A stretch of 64,000 nucleotides of DNA from a virus: positions 26,772-90,771 of IMG/VR virus record IMGVR_UViG_3300037804_000222; one strand, given 5' to 3'. The notes beneath the pieces are model-generated. The model saw nothing but the letters and a program-made list of their open reading frames with translations, was not told the origin of the DNA and searched no databases. The position numbers were made by a program, and so were the translations under genes. Shown here piece after piece: positions 24,302-34,887 of the stretch. Every line of letters starts with the position of its first letter. The stretch's first letter is position 1.

Positions 24302-26415
24302 TTATTAATAAGAGTGCGTTTTTACTTAATGAGATACCTCAGTTTCATCCTGCCAGTGAAGAATACTTATTATTCTGGCGAGAGGAAAAGAAACGATGTA
24401 TTGAAGGGTATTGGGTAGGCGGAGTATGGATGCCAGGCAATCTCTATTTTTATGTAAATTATTGGACCATTCTTTTAAATAAAACCGCACATTCTAAAAC
24501 TAAAACCCCAGGTAAACCTTTTCTTAGAGATCTTGAGTGGGAGTTCTTTTATAACTGGTGTGAAGCCAGAGGATTCTCAGGGTTCTCAGATGATAAAGAA
24601 TTTACTTGTAATAGAGAGTTTATAGGAAAAGATAATTATGTACCCGCTGCAGAATATATGCGTAGGACACACAAAAAGAATTTAGGATGCCCTTTATGGA
24701 ATAATGAAGCTAAAAACTTTATGATGATGGGGAGTCGTGGATTTGGTAAATCTTATTCTGTTGCGGGCGGAGTAATTGGACATGAGTTTGTATTTGACGG
24801 AATGAAATCATACGATCCAGAGTATATAGGTAATCCACCATCCACTGAAATTGTGGCGGGAGCAGGAGATGCTAAGTATTCAGGGGATATATTAAAAAAG
24901 ACACAATTTGGATTGGATAATTTACCTGGAGGAATTGAGATTGGGAATAAATTTTTTCCTTCACCTTTCTCTAAACAATACGGAGGAAGTTGGTATTCTG
25001 GTAAAGAGGTTATTGCAGAATATAAAAAGAAACTTGGTGGTACCTGGAAAGTTATGGGTAGTAAATCCAAGATTAAACATCGTACTTTTAAGGATAACCC
25101 ATTTGCTGCCAATGGTACTCGTCCTGCTGTAATGGTAATGGAGGAGATTGGTATGTTTAACAATCTTCGAGCTTCTCATGAAGCATCTGTAGAATGTATG
25201 AAAAACGGGGCCTATAAATTCGGAAGTTGTATGTATTTGGGTACAGGGGGTGATATGGAAGGTGGAGGTACTGTAGATGCTAGAGATATGTTCTACAACC
25301 CTGACGTTTATGATATGATTTCTTTTGAGGATGTGTGGGAAGATAAAGGAAAGATTTCTTACTTTGTTCCTGCATACTCTGGGCTAAACCAGTTTAAAGA
25401 TGAAAATGGAAACACATTAGAAGAGCCTGCTAAGAAATATCTAGATGAATTTAGAGAGAAATTAAAGAAAAGTAAAAACTCTAGAAGCGCTTTAGATGCT
25501 GAATTGCAGAATAGACCGCTTGTACCTTCTGAAGTATTCCTTACTCGTACAGGTAACTTATTTCCTGTAGCAGATTTACTTACAAGATTAGCAGAGCTAG
25601 AAGTATCGAATAAAGAGAGGAATCACGATTATGTAGGAGATCTTTACGTAGATTCCACTAGTAATAAAATTAAGTGGAAACCAAATGCTAAACTAACTCC
25701 GATTACAGATTTTCCTTTAAGAGGAAGTGATGATTTATCAGGGTGTGTAGTTATATATGAAATGCCTTATGAAGATTCTGATGGAAATACTCCGTATGGC
25801 ATGTATCTTGCAGGTACCGATCCTTATGACCATGACGATTCTACTACCTCTTCATTAGGATCAACTATTATTTTAAATAAACTTACAAATAGAGTTGTAG
25901 CAGAATATACTGGAAGACCAGATACTGCCAATCAATACTATGAAAAAGTAAGACGATTATTACATTTTTATAATGCTAAGTGTTTATACGAGAACGAACG
26001 TAAAGGAATGTATCAATATTTAGAGTATAAAAATCAAACTCATCTTTTACTTGATCAGCCAGAGATCATAAAAGATGTTGTTCAAAATAGTAGAGTGAAT
26101 AGAGGGAAGGGGATGCATATGTCTAAACCTCTAAAGGACTATGGAGAAGAACTTATCAAAATGTGGTTATTAGAACCTTATGAAACCGAAGGCTTACTTA
26201 ATTTACATAAAATACGAAGTATCCCTTTACTCAAAGAACTTATAGCTTATAATGATATAGGAAACTTTGATAGAGTGATGGCATTTATGATGGTTGTATA
26301 CCATCTTCAAGAAGTAAGAAAAATAAAAGTGGATAAAGAAAAGAAAGTAACAACAATATATGATCAAGGATTTTGGAATAAGTCACTTTTTTCCAGAAAG
26401 AAAAAAATGTTTTAG
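24298..26415 (+). CDS. terL: terminase large subunit
   Basis: WREEKKRCIEG, PGNLYFYVNY, GSRGFGKS Walker A, MEEIG Walker B, AGTDPYD RNase H domain, GNFDRV. Confidence 0.95.
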   Translation: MIINKSAFLLNEIPQFHPASEEYLLFWREEKKRCIEGYWVGGVWMPGNLYFYVNYWTILLNKTAHSKTKTPGKPFLRDLEWEFFYNWCEARGFSGFSDDKEFTCNREFIGKDNYVPAAEYMRRTHKKNLGCPLWNNEAKNFMMMGSRGFGKSYSVAGGVIGHEFVFDGMKSYDPEYIGNPPSTEIVAGAGDAKYSGDILKKTQFGLDNLPGGIEIGNKFFPSPFSKQYGGSWYSGKEVIAEYKKKLGGTWKVMGSKSKIKHRTFKDNPFAANGTRPAVMVMEEIGMFNNLRASHEASVECMKNGAYKFGSCMYLGTGGDMEGGGTVDARDMFYNPDVYDMISFEDVWEDKGKISYFVPAYSGLNQFKDENGNTLEEPAKKYLDEFREKLKKSKNSRSALDAELQNRPLVPSEVFLTRTGNLFPVADLLTRLAELEVSNKERNHDYVGDLYVDSTSNKIKWKPNAKLTPITDFPLRGSDDLSGCVVIYEMPYEDSDGNTPYGMYLAGTDPYDHDDSTTSSLGSTIILNKLTNRVVAEYTGRPDTANQYYEKVRRLLHFYNAKCLYENERKGMYQYLEYKNQTHLLLDQPEIIKDVVQNSRVNRGKGMHMSKPLKDYGEELIKMWLLEPYETEGLLNLHKIRSIPLLKELIAYNDIGNFDRVMAFMMVVYHLQEVRKIKVDKEKKVTTIYDQGFWNKSLFSRKKKMF

Positions 26416-26488
26416 CTATAAAAGTTAAAACTTAAAATATAATTTAGTACATTATTACTTGGACATACAAATTAAATTACTATTTTTG
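26410..26488 (+). promoter_or_regulatory. late promoter with upstream TTTTAGCTATAAAA box
   Basis: Box 26410-23; CTTG, 19-nt spacer, TATTTTTG (26481-88). Confidence 0.65.
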
Positions 26489-26522
26489 TTCTTTAATTCG
26501 CGAATTTTAAAAAAACAATAAT

Positions 26523-26930
26523 ATGGCAACAGTAAATGTAACACTGTCTCTTTCTAGTACAGACTTATTTGCAAAGCAAAATGTAAGTTTTACAGAAACA
26601 GACGCACTTTCTCCTGCAGGAGATCAAATGCTTGTAGGCCGACTGGTAACTACAGGCTCAGGAACAGAAGATAATATAGCACTAAAAGCTCTAGATGGAA
26701 CAAATGATCGGGCTTATGTATTCTTACATAATTTAAGTAGTACTTCTGGTGAATATGTTAAGATTGGATTATGCGCAGCTCATGGTACAGACTCAGCATC
26801 AGGTGACTGGTTTGCAGTTTTAGGGCCTGGCGAATTCCTGTTTTTACCTACAGGAGATATGCAGGATATAGATATTGAGGCAGCGGCAGGAAACCCTGTA
26901 GTAGAATATATCTTGATGGAAAAAGCATAA
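26523..26930 (+). CDS. hypothetical (probable virion) protein, paralogue 1
   Basis: SLSSTDLF...LGPGEFLFLP...VEY shared with next gene. Confidence 0.75.
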   Translation: MATVNVTLSLSSTDLFAKQNVSFTETDALSPAGDQMLVGRLVTTGSGTEDNIALKALDGTNDRAYVFLHNLSSTSGEYVKIGLCAAHGTDSASGDWFAVLGPGEFLFLPTGDMQDIDIEAAAGNPVVEYILMEKA

Positions 26931-26950
26931 TTTATAAAATAATATAAGAC

Positions 26951-27340
26951 ATGGCAAACGCAACTTTAAACGTAACTTTTAGCATTTCCAGTACGGATTT
27001 ATTTGATACTCTCAATATATCAAAGACTGTGACAGATGCTCTAACAATAGACGGTGATAACCGACAAGGTTTAACAACTTTATTAACCAGTACTTCGTAT
27101 GATGATATTAATGTTAACGCATTAGGAGGATCAACAGGTGGTGGTAAAAAAGCATATGTATATGCTAAAAATATTGATTCCACTGATGATTTAATCTTTG
27201 CAGATGATGGTTCACAGGTATTTGCAAGATTATCTCCAGGAGAATTTCTTTTTTACCCAACGGCAGATAATACACAGATTCAAGTTAAATCTTCAGCAAA
27301 TACTCCTACAGTAGAATTTTTACTACTAGAAGTAGACTAA
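26951..27340 (+). CDS. hypothetical (probable virion) protein, paralogue 2
   Basis: SISSTDLF...LSPGEFLFYP...VEF. Confidence 0.75.
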   Translation: MANATLNVTFSISSTDLFDTLNISKTVTDALTIDGDNRQGLTTLLTSTSYDDINVNALGGSTGGGKKAYVYAKNIDSTDDLIFADDGSQVFARLSPGEFLFYPTADNTQIQVKSSANTPTVEFLLLEVD

Positions 27341-27349
27341 AAATAATTT

Positions 27350-29755
27350 ATGGCTTACATAGATTTCCCTAGACAAAAACTGAGTCGTAGGAAAAAGACT
27401 CAGAAATGGGGAGAAGAGTGCATAGAATCTGCATTAGGCTTAATTGGAATATACGATAATACAAGACGTAGTCCGCGACATAAAAAGAAGCGGAACTACG
27501 ATTTGTATAATGGTAAATTCGATAAAAAGGATCTAGAATATGTTACAGATCCTTTAGGCTTAGGTGGAACTGCAGAACTTCCCGCTACTTTACAGTATTA
27601 TGATGTAGCATCTCCTATCTTTAATCTCTTATTAGGAGAAGAAACTAAACGTGCTTTCAGTTATGTAGTACGTTCAGTTAATGAGGAGGCTATATCCAGT
27701 AAAGAAGAGGAGAAGAAATCTCAAGTATTAAGTTATTTTCAAAACTTAATGCAACAATCTGTGCAGCAATTTATGCAAACTCAGGAACAACCTCAAAGTC
27801 CTGAAGAGCAACAACAGTTAATGCAACAGGCGCAAGAGAATATTCCTGAAGAGCTTAAAAGAATTCAAAAATATTTTGATTATGATTTTCAAGATATGAA
27901 TGAATCTGTAGCTCATAAACTACTTACATACTTTGAAAGGCAGCAAAAATTAAAAACTAAATTTAATAAAGGGTGGGAAGACGCTTTATTAGCTGGAGAA
28001 GAAATTTACTGTATAGAAGAAATTTCAAATGAACCAGTGGTAAGGAATGTAAACCCTTTAGAGTTTTACTGCCTTCTTCCACACAATTCAGATTTAGTAG
28101 ATCATGCCGATGTAATAGTTGAAGACACTTGGATGTCTGTAAATACTATTATAGATAATTTCTATGAGGATCTAACTCCTAAACAAATAGACAAATTAGA
28201 AAAAGAGCAGGGAAATAGAGCTTCTATGGAAAGCGAGAGTCTATTGAACTACCCATCCCAAGAAAAACTGTTTATTCAAAATAGAGAGGAAGAGGATGGG
28301 AATCTTTTTAATTACTACGATCAAGATGGAAATATCCGAGTTACTAAAGTAGTTTGGAAGTCTATGCGTAAGATAGGGAAGCTTTCTTACATAGATGAAT
28401 TAGGAACTCCTCAAGAAACTATTGTTCCTGAAGGGTATAAAATAGACGAAGAAGTAAATGAGTCTATTGAATGGATCTGGGTAAATGAGTATTGGGAAGG
28501 TACTAAAATAGGAGATAATATTTATATAAATATACGCCCTAGAAAAAATCAGTTTAGACATTTAGATAATTTATCTATATGTAGTTCTGGTTATGTGGGT
28601 ACAATATACAATGCTAATAATTCACAATCTGTTTCTTTAATGGATAGATTAGTTCCGTGGATTTATTTGTATATAACAATGTGGTATAGACTTGAATTAT
28701 CTATTGCAGCTAATCAAGGTAAAATCGCACTTATTGATTTATCACTAGTTCCCGATGGATGGGAAGTAGAAAAGTGGATGTACTATGCACAATCAATGAA
28801 ATTTGGTTTTGTAGACTCATTTAATGAAGGTAAGAAAGGACAATCCACTGGTAAATTAGCAGGTAATATATCTACGCAAAATAAAGTGCTAGATATGGAA
28901 ACTGGTAATTATATCCAACAACATGTACAATTATTAGATTTTGTAGAACAAAAGATTCATAGTTTATCTGGAGTTACTCCTCAGAGAATGGGAGCAATCT
29001 CTACTTCTGAATTAGTGGGTAATACTCAAAGAGCAGTGGTACAGTCTTCACATATTACTGAGAAACTATTTGAAGTTCATAATGAAACTAAAATTAGAGT
29101 TATGGAGTCCTTATTAAATGTCTCTAAAGAGCTTTATAAAGGAAAAACAAAAAGATTCCAATATATAACAGATGAATTAGCAAGTGTTGTATTTGCTGTT
29201 CAAGGCGATCAAATTGCTGCTTCTGAATATGGATTATTTGTATCCAACTCTGCACAAGATACTCAAGCATTAGATGCTTTAAAACAACTTACACATGCAG
29301 CTTTACAAAACGATCAAATCTCGCTTTCAGATGTTATCGGTATTTACAACTCAAATTCTCTCGCAGATACAAGAGTTAAACTTAAACAATCCGAAAAAGA
29401 AGTTAAAGAAAGAGAATCTCAAATGCAAGAACAGCAAATGCAAATGCAACAACAACAGTTGCAAGCAGCACAGCAAGACAAAGAAATGCAAATGCAGTTC
29501 GAGCTAGAAAAAGAAAATAGAGAAGATGCTAGAAATACTCAAGACAATCAAACAAAACTAGAGATAGCTCGTATGAATGCTCAAGAGAAAGGTATGGATA
29601 GAGATTTAAATAATAATCAAATCCGTGATGATATAGATTTAGCTAAATTACAGCTAGAGCGAGAAAAACTACAAGTTAATTCTAATATAAAACAACAAGA
29701 GTTAGAAATTAAACGAAAAGATTCAGATGCCAAAGCCAAGCGAGATAGTAAATAA
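27350..29755 (+). CDS. portal protein (crAss-like)
   Basis: FPRQKLS..NYDLYNG, LLLGEE.KR, WVNEYWEGTKIG, SLMDRL, SGVTPQRMG, Q-rich coiled C-terminus; 801 aa. Confidence 0.9.
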   Translation: MAYIDFPRQKLSRRKKTQKWGEECIESALGLIGIYDNTRRSPRHKKKRNYDLYNGKFDKKDLEYVTDPLGLGGTAELPATLQYYDVASPIFNLLLGEETKRAFSYVVRSVNEEAISSKEEEKKSQVLSYFQNLMQQSVQQFMQTQEQPQSPEEQQQLMQQAQENIPEELKRIQKYFDYDFQDMNESVAHKLLTYFERQQKLKTKFNKGWEDALLAGEEIYCIEEISNEPVVRNVNPLEFYCLLPHNSDLVDHADVIVEDTWMSVNTIIDNFYEDLTPKQIDKLEKEQGNRASMESESLLNYPSQEKLFIQNREEEDGNLFNYYDQDGNIRVTKVVWKSMRKIGKLSYIDELGTPQETIVPEGYKIDEEVNESIEWIWVNEYWEGTKIGDNIYINIRPRKNQFRHLDNLSICSSGYVGTIYNANNSQSVSLMDRLVPWIYLYITMWYRLELSIAANQGKIALIDLSLVPDGWEVEKWMYYAQSMKFGFVDSFNEGKKGQSTGKLAGNISTQNKVLDMETGNYIQQHVQLLDFVEQKIHSLSGVTPQRMGAISTSELVGNTQRAVVQSSHITEKLFEVHNETKIRVMESLLNVSKELYKGKTKRFQYITDELASVVFAVQGDQIAASEYGLFVSNSAQDTQALDALKQLTHAALQNDQISLSDVIGIYNSNSLADTRVKLKQSEKEVKERESQMQEQQMQMQQQQLQAAQQDKEMQMQFELEKENREDARNTQDNQTKLEIARMNAQEKGMDRDLNNNQIRDDIDLAKLQLEREKLQVNSNIKQQELEIKRKDSDAKAKRDSK

Positions 29756-29756
29756 T

Positions 29757-29906
29757 ATGTTAGGAGAACAATTCAATAAAGCTTTAGAGTTTATTGTTAC
29801 TCCTCCTGCAGAAAAAATGCCTACTATGTATGAAGAGGTAAAACTGAATACACAGAGGGTACAGGAAGAAACCCTAAAAAAGCAACAAGAAAGATTTTTA
29901 GGTTAA
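29757..29906 (+). CDS. small hypothetical protein (49 aa, not in track)
   Basis: MLGEQFNKALEF...QQERFLG right after the portal stop. Confidence 0.45.
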   Translation: MLGEQFNKALEFIVTPPAEKMPTMYEEVKLNTQRVQEETLKKQQERFLG

Positions 29907-29928
29907 AAATATAATTTAAGAAATTATA

Positions 29929-30008
29929 TTTTAGCTATAAAATACGAATAATTTTAACAATACCACAGTGACAAGGTATTGCATATTAACTTAAATTAAT
30001 TATTTTTG
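29929..30008 (+). promoter_or_regulatory. late promoter with upstream TTTTAGCTATAAAA box
   Basis: Box 29929-42; ATTG, 19-nt spacer, TATTTTTG (30001-08). Confidence 0.65.
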
Positions 30009-30029
30009 TCACTTAATAAATTAAATTCT

Positions 30030-31184
30030 ATGGCAATAGGAGAAGATAACATTTTAGATGGATTGGATTTAAGTGTGTTAGATAATCTAACCACTACTCC
30101 AAAGGAAGAAGAAAAGCAGGAGACTACTCCTGTAGGTGAGGTAGAAAATGAAGAGCCTGGTATTTTTAATCCTGAATTAAAAATACAAGAGGTTGAAGAA
30201 TTACCCGAAGCCCAAGAAAAAGAAAAAGTAGATGTAGAAGAATCTAATGAACCCGAAGCAACAAATACTGAAGAAGATTCAGAGGAGCAAGTTTCAGAAA
30301 CACCTGAAGCAAGCGAAGCTGAACAAACAGAAGAAGATGCTTCAGTTCTCCAAGTATTCGCAGAAATACAAAGAGAAAATGGTTTAATAGATTTTAAAGA
30401 CGATGAATTTGAAAACTCAGAAGAATGGTTATTATCAAAAGTGCAAGACACTATTAATACCAAGATTGGAGAATATAAAGATTCTATGCCAGAAGAGATA
30501 AAATATCTTTTGGAAAATCACGAAGAAGGCGTTAATATATATGACTTACTTCAGTCAGATGCTCAACAAAGAAGTTATGATTCTATAGATAAAGAAAAAT
30601 TATCAGATAGTGATTCATTACAAAAGCGGTTAGTTAAAGATCTATTATTATTAAATGGATTTTCAGAGGCGCAAGTTGAGAAGAAAGTTTCTAGATACGA
30701 AGATGCGGGGGTTCTTTTAGAGGAAGCCGAGGAAGCTTTAAGTACATTACAAGATGCACAAAAGCAACAAAAACAGCATTTAGTTCAGAAACAGAAAGAA
30801 GAGCAGAAACAAAGAGTTGAAGCTCATAAAGTTTGGTTAAATGATTTAAAAACTCATATAACTAAAAAAGAAGAAATTTTACCAGGATTTAATTTAACAC
30901 CAAAAGATAAAGATTCTTTATATAATGGTATTACTAAATTAGATAGACACGGTAAAAATGAAATAATGAGAATGCGGGAAAAAGATCCCGAGTTTGATTT
31001 AAAAATTGCATATTTAGCGACAGTCCTAAAGTGGGATTTTTCAGCGTTTGAGCGTCAGTCAACTACGAAATCAACTCGTAAATTGGCAGATGTAATAAAG
31101 AGTACGAAAAAAACTGGTTCCAGACCAAGTAGAGGTACTTCGAATAATGTTGATTTTGACACTATGCGAAAATCTCTACGATAG
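30030..31184 (+). CDS. acidic scaffold-like protein upstream of MCP
   Basis: Very acidic N-terminus, coiled-coil; position; ATG at 30030. Confidence 0.7.
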   Translation: MAIGEDNILDGLDLSVLDNLTTTPKEEEKQETTPVGEVENEEPGIFNPELKIQEVEELPEAQEKEKVDVEESNEPEATNTEEDSEEQVSETPEASEAEQTEEDASVLQVFAEIQRENGLIDFKDDEFENSEEWLLSKVQDTINTKIGEYKDSMPEEIKYLLENHEEGVNIYDLLQSDAQQRSYDSIDKEKLSDSDSLQKRLVKDLLLLNGFSEAQVEKKVSRYEDAGVLLEEAEEALSTLQDAQKQQKQHLVQKQKEEQKQRVEAHKVWLNDLKTHITKKEEILPGFNLTPKDKDSLYNGITKLDRHGKNEIMRMREKDPEFDLKIAYLATVLKWDFSAFERQSTTKSTRKLADVIKSTKKTGSRPSRGTSNNVDFDTMRKSLR

Positions 31185-31231
31185 GGAGCTATTTATTTAT
31201 AAACAACAAGTAATAATTTAATTAATTAAAA

Positions 31232-32671
31232 ATGGCAAACACAATTAGTTCATTACAAATGTATGCTCCTAAAAGTTGGTCTGGCTTAACAACAGAGAAC
31301 CATCTAGGAAGCGTATTCGCACAAGAACCAACTTTGGTGTCTAACATCATTAGTAGAGTTTTTGGACTAAACCAATACGCAGGTTTAGATTATTTTCTAT
31401 CAATTGGCGGAGGGGAGCAAGAGCTTCCAGATGACAATGATTACGAGTGGTACCTAAAAGGTGACGACGAACGTGCGATCACTATTACAAACACTTTATC
31501 AGGAACTCCTGGACAGTACGGCGCTGAAATTCTTATTGAATTTGCAGAAAAGTACTTCGCTGTTACTGATAAACTAGTTTTAGATGATGGTGAAACAGCT
31601 GTACGTGTAATGCGTGAGCCTTACATGTCTGGTACTTCTTGGGTTTACCCTTGTGTACTTATGGCAGCAGATGCTGATGCTTTTGTAGCTAATTCTTTGT
31701 TAGCTGCGGGATCTAAGGCGAGTAAAGAATACTCTCCACAAGAAAGAACATTGAACAAGACTTATGGTGAAACAAGCTATACTTCTCCGTTCAAAATGCG
31801 TAATGCAATGTCTTTCTTATCTAAGACTTATACTATTCCTGGAAACATGCACCAACGTCCGTTAGTGATTGAGATGTTAGATCCTAAGTCAAACAAGACT
31901 TCTAAGATCTGGACTCAATATGCTGAATGGGAGTTTATGTGTCAGTGGATGAAAGAAAAAGAGCGTATGCTTTGGTTCTCTAAATCTAACAAGCAGGCTA
32001 ATGGTACTTATAATATGTACGGAGCAAACGGAACTCCAATTATCGAAGGTGCAGGTTTACGTGAGCAAATCTCTCCATCGTACAAGTTCCACTATACTGA
32101 CTTTACAATTGACTATTTAGAAGATGTATTATTGAATCTTTCAATTAACATTCTTCCAGAAGACCAACGTCACTTCGTAGCGTTTACAGGTGAGCGTGGT
32201 ATGGTTCAATTCCACAGAGCGCTTGAAAATCACGCAGCTCGTTTCCAACCATTAGATTCTAAAAGAATTTCTGGTGATGGACAAAACTTAGGATTCAAAG
32301 GTCAGTACAGAGAATTCATGGGCCCACAAGGGATCAAGTTTACTTTGGTACACTTACCAATGTATGATAATGAAGTTCGTAACCGTGTTGCTCACCCAAA
32401 AGGCGGATACACTGAGTCTTACCGTTATACTATCCTTAACATGGGTACGTCAGGTGGAGAAAAGAACATCAAACGAGTATATCCTAAAGGACGTAAAGAA
32501 TTAATGTGGCACGTTGCTGGTTCAACTTCACCGTTGGGTCCAAATACAAACTTCAGTAAAGGTTCTGCGTCTGCAGTAGATGGTTATCAATTATTCGCTC
32601 AAGCTCAACAAGGTGTGCTTATTGCAAACCCAATGTCTTGTGCAGAATTGATTTATTCATCAACTGTCTGA
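31232..32671 (+). CDS. major capsid protein (crAss-like)
   Basis: WSGLTTENHL, GAGLREQI, TGERGMVQF, HPKGGYTESYRY, SAVDGY; 479 aa. Confidence 0.9.
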   Translation: MANTISSLQMYAPKSWSGLTTENHLGSVFAQEPTLVSNIISRVFGLNQYAGLDYFLSIGGGEQELPDDNDYEWYLKGDDERAITITNTLSGTPGQYGAEILIEFAEKYFAVTDKLVLDDGETAVRVMREPYMSGTSWVYPCVLMAADADAFVANSLLAAGSKASKEYSPQERTLNKTYGETSYTSPFKMRNAMSFLSKTYTIPGNMHQRPLVIEMLDPKSNKTSKIWTQYAEWEFMCQWMKEKERMLWFSKSNKQANGTYNMYGANGTPIIEGAGLREQISPSYKFHYTDFTIDYLEDVLLNLSINILPEDQRHFVAFTGERGMVQFHRALENHAARFQPLDSKRISGDGQNLGFKGQYREFMGPQGIKFTLVHLPMYDNEVRNRVAHPKGGYTESYRYTILNMGTSGGEKNIKRVYPKGRKELMWHVAGSTSPLGPNTNFSKGSASAVDGYQLFAQAQQGVLIANPMSCAELIYSSTV

Positions 32672-32707
32672 TAAATAGTAATTAAATTAATATAAACACG
32701 AAAGAAG

Positions 32708-33583
32708 ATGGCAAAGAAGACAGCTAAAGCAACAGAGATTACTACTGAAGCAAAACCTGTATCAGTGAAGAAGGAAAGTGTTGTTAATAATACACCAGAT
32801 AAGGTTACTTTAAAACCTATTAAGAAGAATGGATGGCTCCCTGAAGATCACGACGGGGCCATCCGCTATTCTAAATGCTTTGAACGTTTAACTGTTCAGG
32901 CTACTAGAGGTACAGGAGTACTTAATACTGGATTAACTGAGGAAGACGAGCGTCGTCTTGAAAAGAAGATGAATATGTCTACTGGAACATTATCCCGATA
33001 TAATAAAGATTATTGGACAATGTTTAGAGTAGATGTTCCTAAAGAGGGACAAATTCTTGATCTTGCCTTCCCAGAAGATGAATTAAAATATTTAGTTTTA
33101 AAAGCTCATCAGAGAGTTGCAAACTCAGAAATGGAAAGATTTGATTCTCCATTTGCAGAGTATGTAATGACTTCAGAAGAGCAAGAAGCTAAAGTAGTGA
33201 ATAAGAAATCTAAACTTAAGCGTAAAGCTTACAAAGTATTTAGTAGTATGAGTACTACAGAAATGAAAGATGTTCTTAAAGTTATGGGTAAACGAGCTGG
33301 AGATGATTCGTCTGTAGATTTCGTTGAATCACAACTGGATAAAATCGTAACAGATGATCCGCAGAACTTTCTTAATACTGTAGAAGACCCAACATTTGCT
33401 ATGAGAGCATTTATTGACGATTGTATATCATCAAGAGTTCTTGTAAAGAATGGTACTAAATATCAACTTCCTGGTGGAGATGTTGTAGGATATACACTTG
33501 AGCAAACGATTGAATATTTACAAAATCCTGATAATCAGGAAGTGTATTTAGATTTAAAAGGTAAAATGTCTATAGGCAAATAG
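32708..33583 (+). CDS. conserved crAss-like protein downstream of MCP
   Basis: TGLTEEDERRLE, LDLAFPEDELKY..LKAH. Confidence 0.75.
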   Translation: MAKKTAKATEITTEAKPVSVKKESVVNNTPDKVTLKPIKKNGWLPEDHDGAIRYSKCFERLTVQATRGTGVLNTGLTEEDERRLEKKMNMSTGTLSRYNKDYWTMFRVDVPKEGQILDLAFPEDELKYLVLKAHQRVANSEMERFDSPFAEYVMTSEEQEAKVVNKKSKLKRKAYKVFSSMSTTEMKDVLKVMGKRAGDDSSVDFVESQLDKIVTDDPQNFLNTVEDPTFAMRAFIDDCISSRVLVKNGTKYQLPGGDVVGYTLEQTIEYLQNPDNQEVYLDLKGKMSIGK

Positions 33584-33584
33584 T

Positions 33585-34289
33585 ATGGATAGAACTGAAA
33601 TGCATAAAGAATTTAAACTTCTCATGGATAAAGCAGGTGGGGGCGGAGCCCCTTCCTTCATATCCTCAGAGATAGATAGATTTTTAAATATAGCGCAAGA
33701 TAAATTTGTGTCTAAACGTGCATTTGGTAATAATCCTAGACGTACTGGTTTTGAAGAAGATCAAAAGCGTAGAGATGATTTAGTAGGAATAATTCGACAA
33801 AGTAATTTATCTTCCTTTAATACTTATGGTGCAAATAAGCCAAACGCTGTTTTAGCTCCTATTCCTGCACATTACAGGCATGCTATAAACGAAGAGGCTA
33901 TTATTTATACTCCTGGAAAGGAAGATTCTTCTAGAAGAGTTGGAGTTAAACCTATAACTCATGATCGCTATAATAAAATTATAGACGATCCTTTTAATAA
34001 ACCTGATAAAGATACAGTTTATAGGTTAGATTTCGCTGCTATTAATGGTAGTGGAGAGGACGCGGAAGGTGCTCCTGGCTTTGAATTAATATGCGGGGAA
34101 GGACAAGAAATATCTATGTATTATATAAGGTATATTCGAAATCCTATACAAATAGCACCCGATCAAAACTGTATGTTATCAGAACATACACACAGAGAGA
34201 TTATAAGGATGGCTATCGTAGATGCTTTAGAAACAATAGAGCAACCACGATACCAATCAAGTAAAATAGAACTTAACGAAATAGAATAA
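33585..34289 (+). CDS. head-tail ring protein
   Basis: EIDRFLNIAQ, GFEEDQKRRDDL, DPFNKP, YIRYIRNP, HTHREI. Confidence 0.75.
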   Translation: MDRTEMHKEFKLLMDKAGGGGAPSFISSEIDRFLNIAQDKFVSKRAFGNNPRRTGFEEDQKRRDDLVGIIRQSNLSSFNTYGANKPNAVLAPIPAHYRHAINEEAIIYTPGKEDSSRRVGVKPITHDRYNKIIDDPFNKPDKDTVYRLDFAAINGSGEDAEGAPGFELICGEGQEISMYYIRYIRNPIQIAPDQNCMLSEHTHREIIRMAIVDALETIEQPRYQSSKIELNEIE

Positions 34290-34290
34290 A

Positions 34291-34857
34291 ATGGCAAGAA
34301 CAGCAAAAATAACAAAAGCCAATGTAGGCCCTCGACAGAACGTCGGAGGTGCTGTTGGTAATACTCCCGTTCGAGCACAGGATTTTAACGATCTTGCGGG
34401 AGATCATGTCAGTCAATCTGATACAAATGCTCAGACAATTGCTAGTAACCTTACGATTAGAGGAGATATATTCACTAATCCTGGTACTCCTGCTGCAGCT
34501 CTTGGAACTGGAAATATAACTTTAACTATTGCGCAAATTTTAACGCAAGTTTTAGAGGAAGATCCTGAAGGAGCTGCTAATTGGACTACTCCTACTGCTG
34601 CTTTATCGGTAGCTGGAATAACTGATGTAGCTGCTGGAGACTGTCTTGATTTTTATGTAATAAATTCTGCTACTACAGGAGCCAACGAAATAGTTACTAT
34701 GGTAGCGGGTACTGGATGTACACTTGTTGGGAATGCACTAGTTGCAGCACCTAATGTTACAGAAGATCAAGAGAATGCAGGTAGTGCACACTTTAGAATG
34801 AGATTTACAAACGTAACTTCTGGTTCTGAGGCGTATACTCTTTATAGACTAGCTTAA
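34291..34857 (+). CDS. probable virion/decoration protein
   Basis: 188 aa, Ala/Thr/Gly-rich, in capsid operon. Confidence 0.6.
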   Translation: MARTAKITKANVGPRQNVGGAVGNTPVRAQDFNDLAGDHVSQSDTNAQTIASNLTIRGDIFTNPGTPAAALGTGNITLTIAQILTQVLEEDPEGAANWTTPTAALSVAGITDVAAGDCLDFYVINSATTGANEIVTMVAGTGCTLVGNALVAAPNVTEDQENAGSAHFRMRFTNVTSGSEAYTLYRLA

Positions 34858-34887
34858 CAATTAATTAATTTTTAAAATAGATAACAA

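Noticed and set aside
7203-26415. Inteins or self-splicing introns in DnaB, PolA or TerL
   Set aside because: Lengths are normal, motifs are contiguous, and there are no intein boundary motifs
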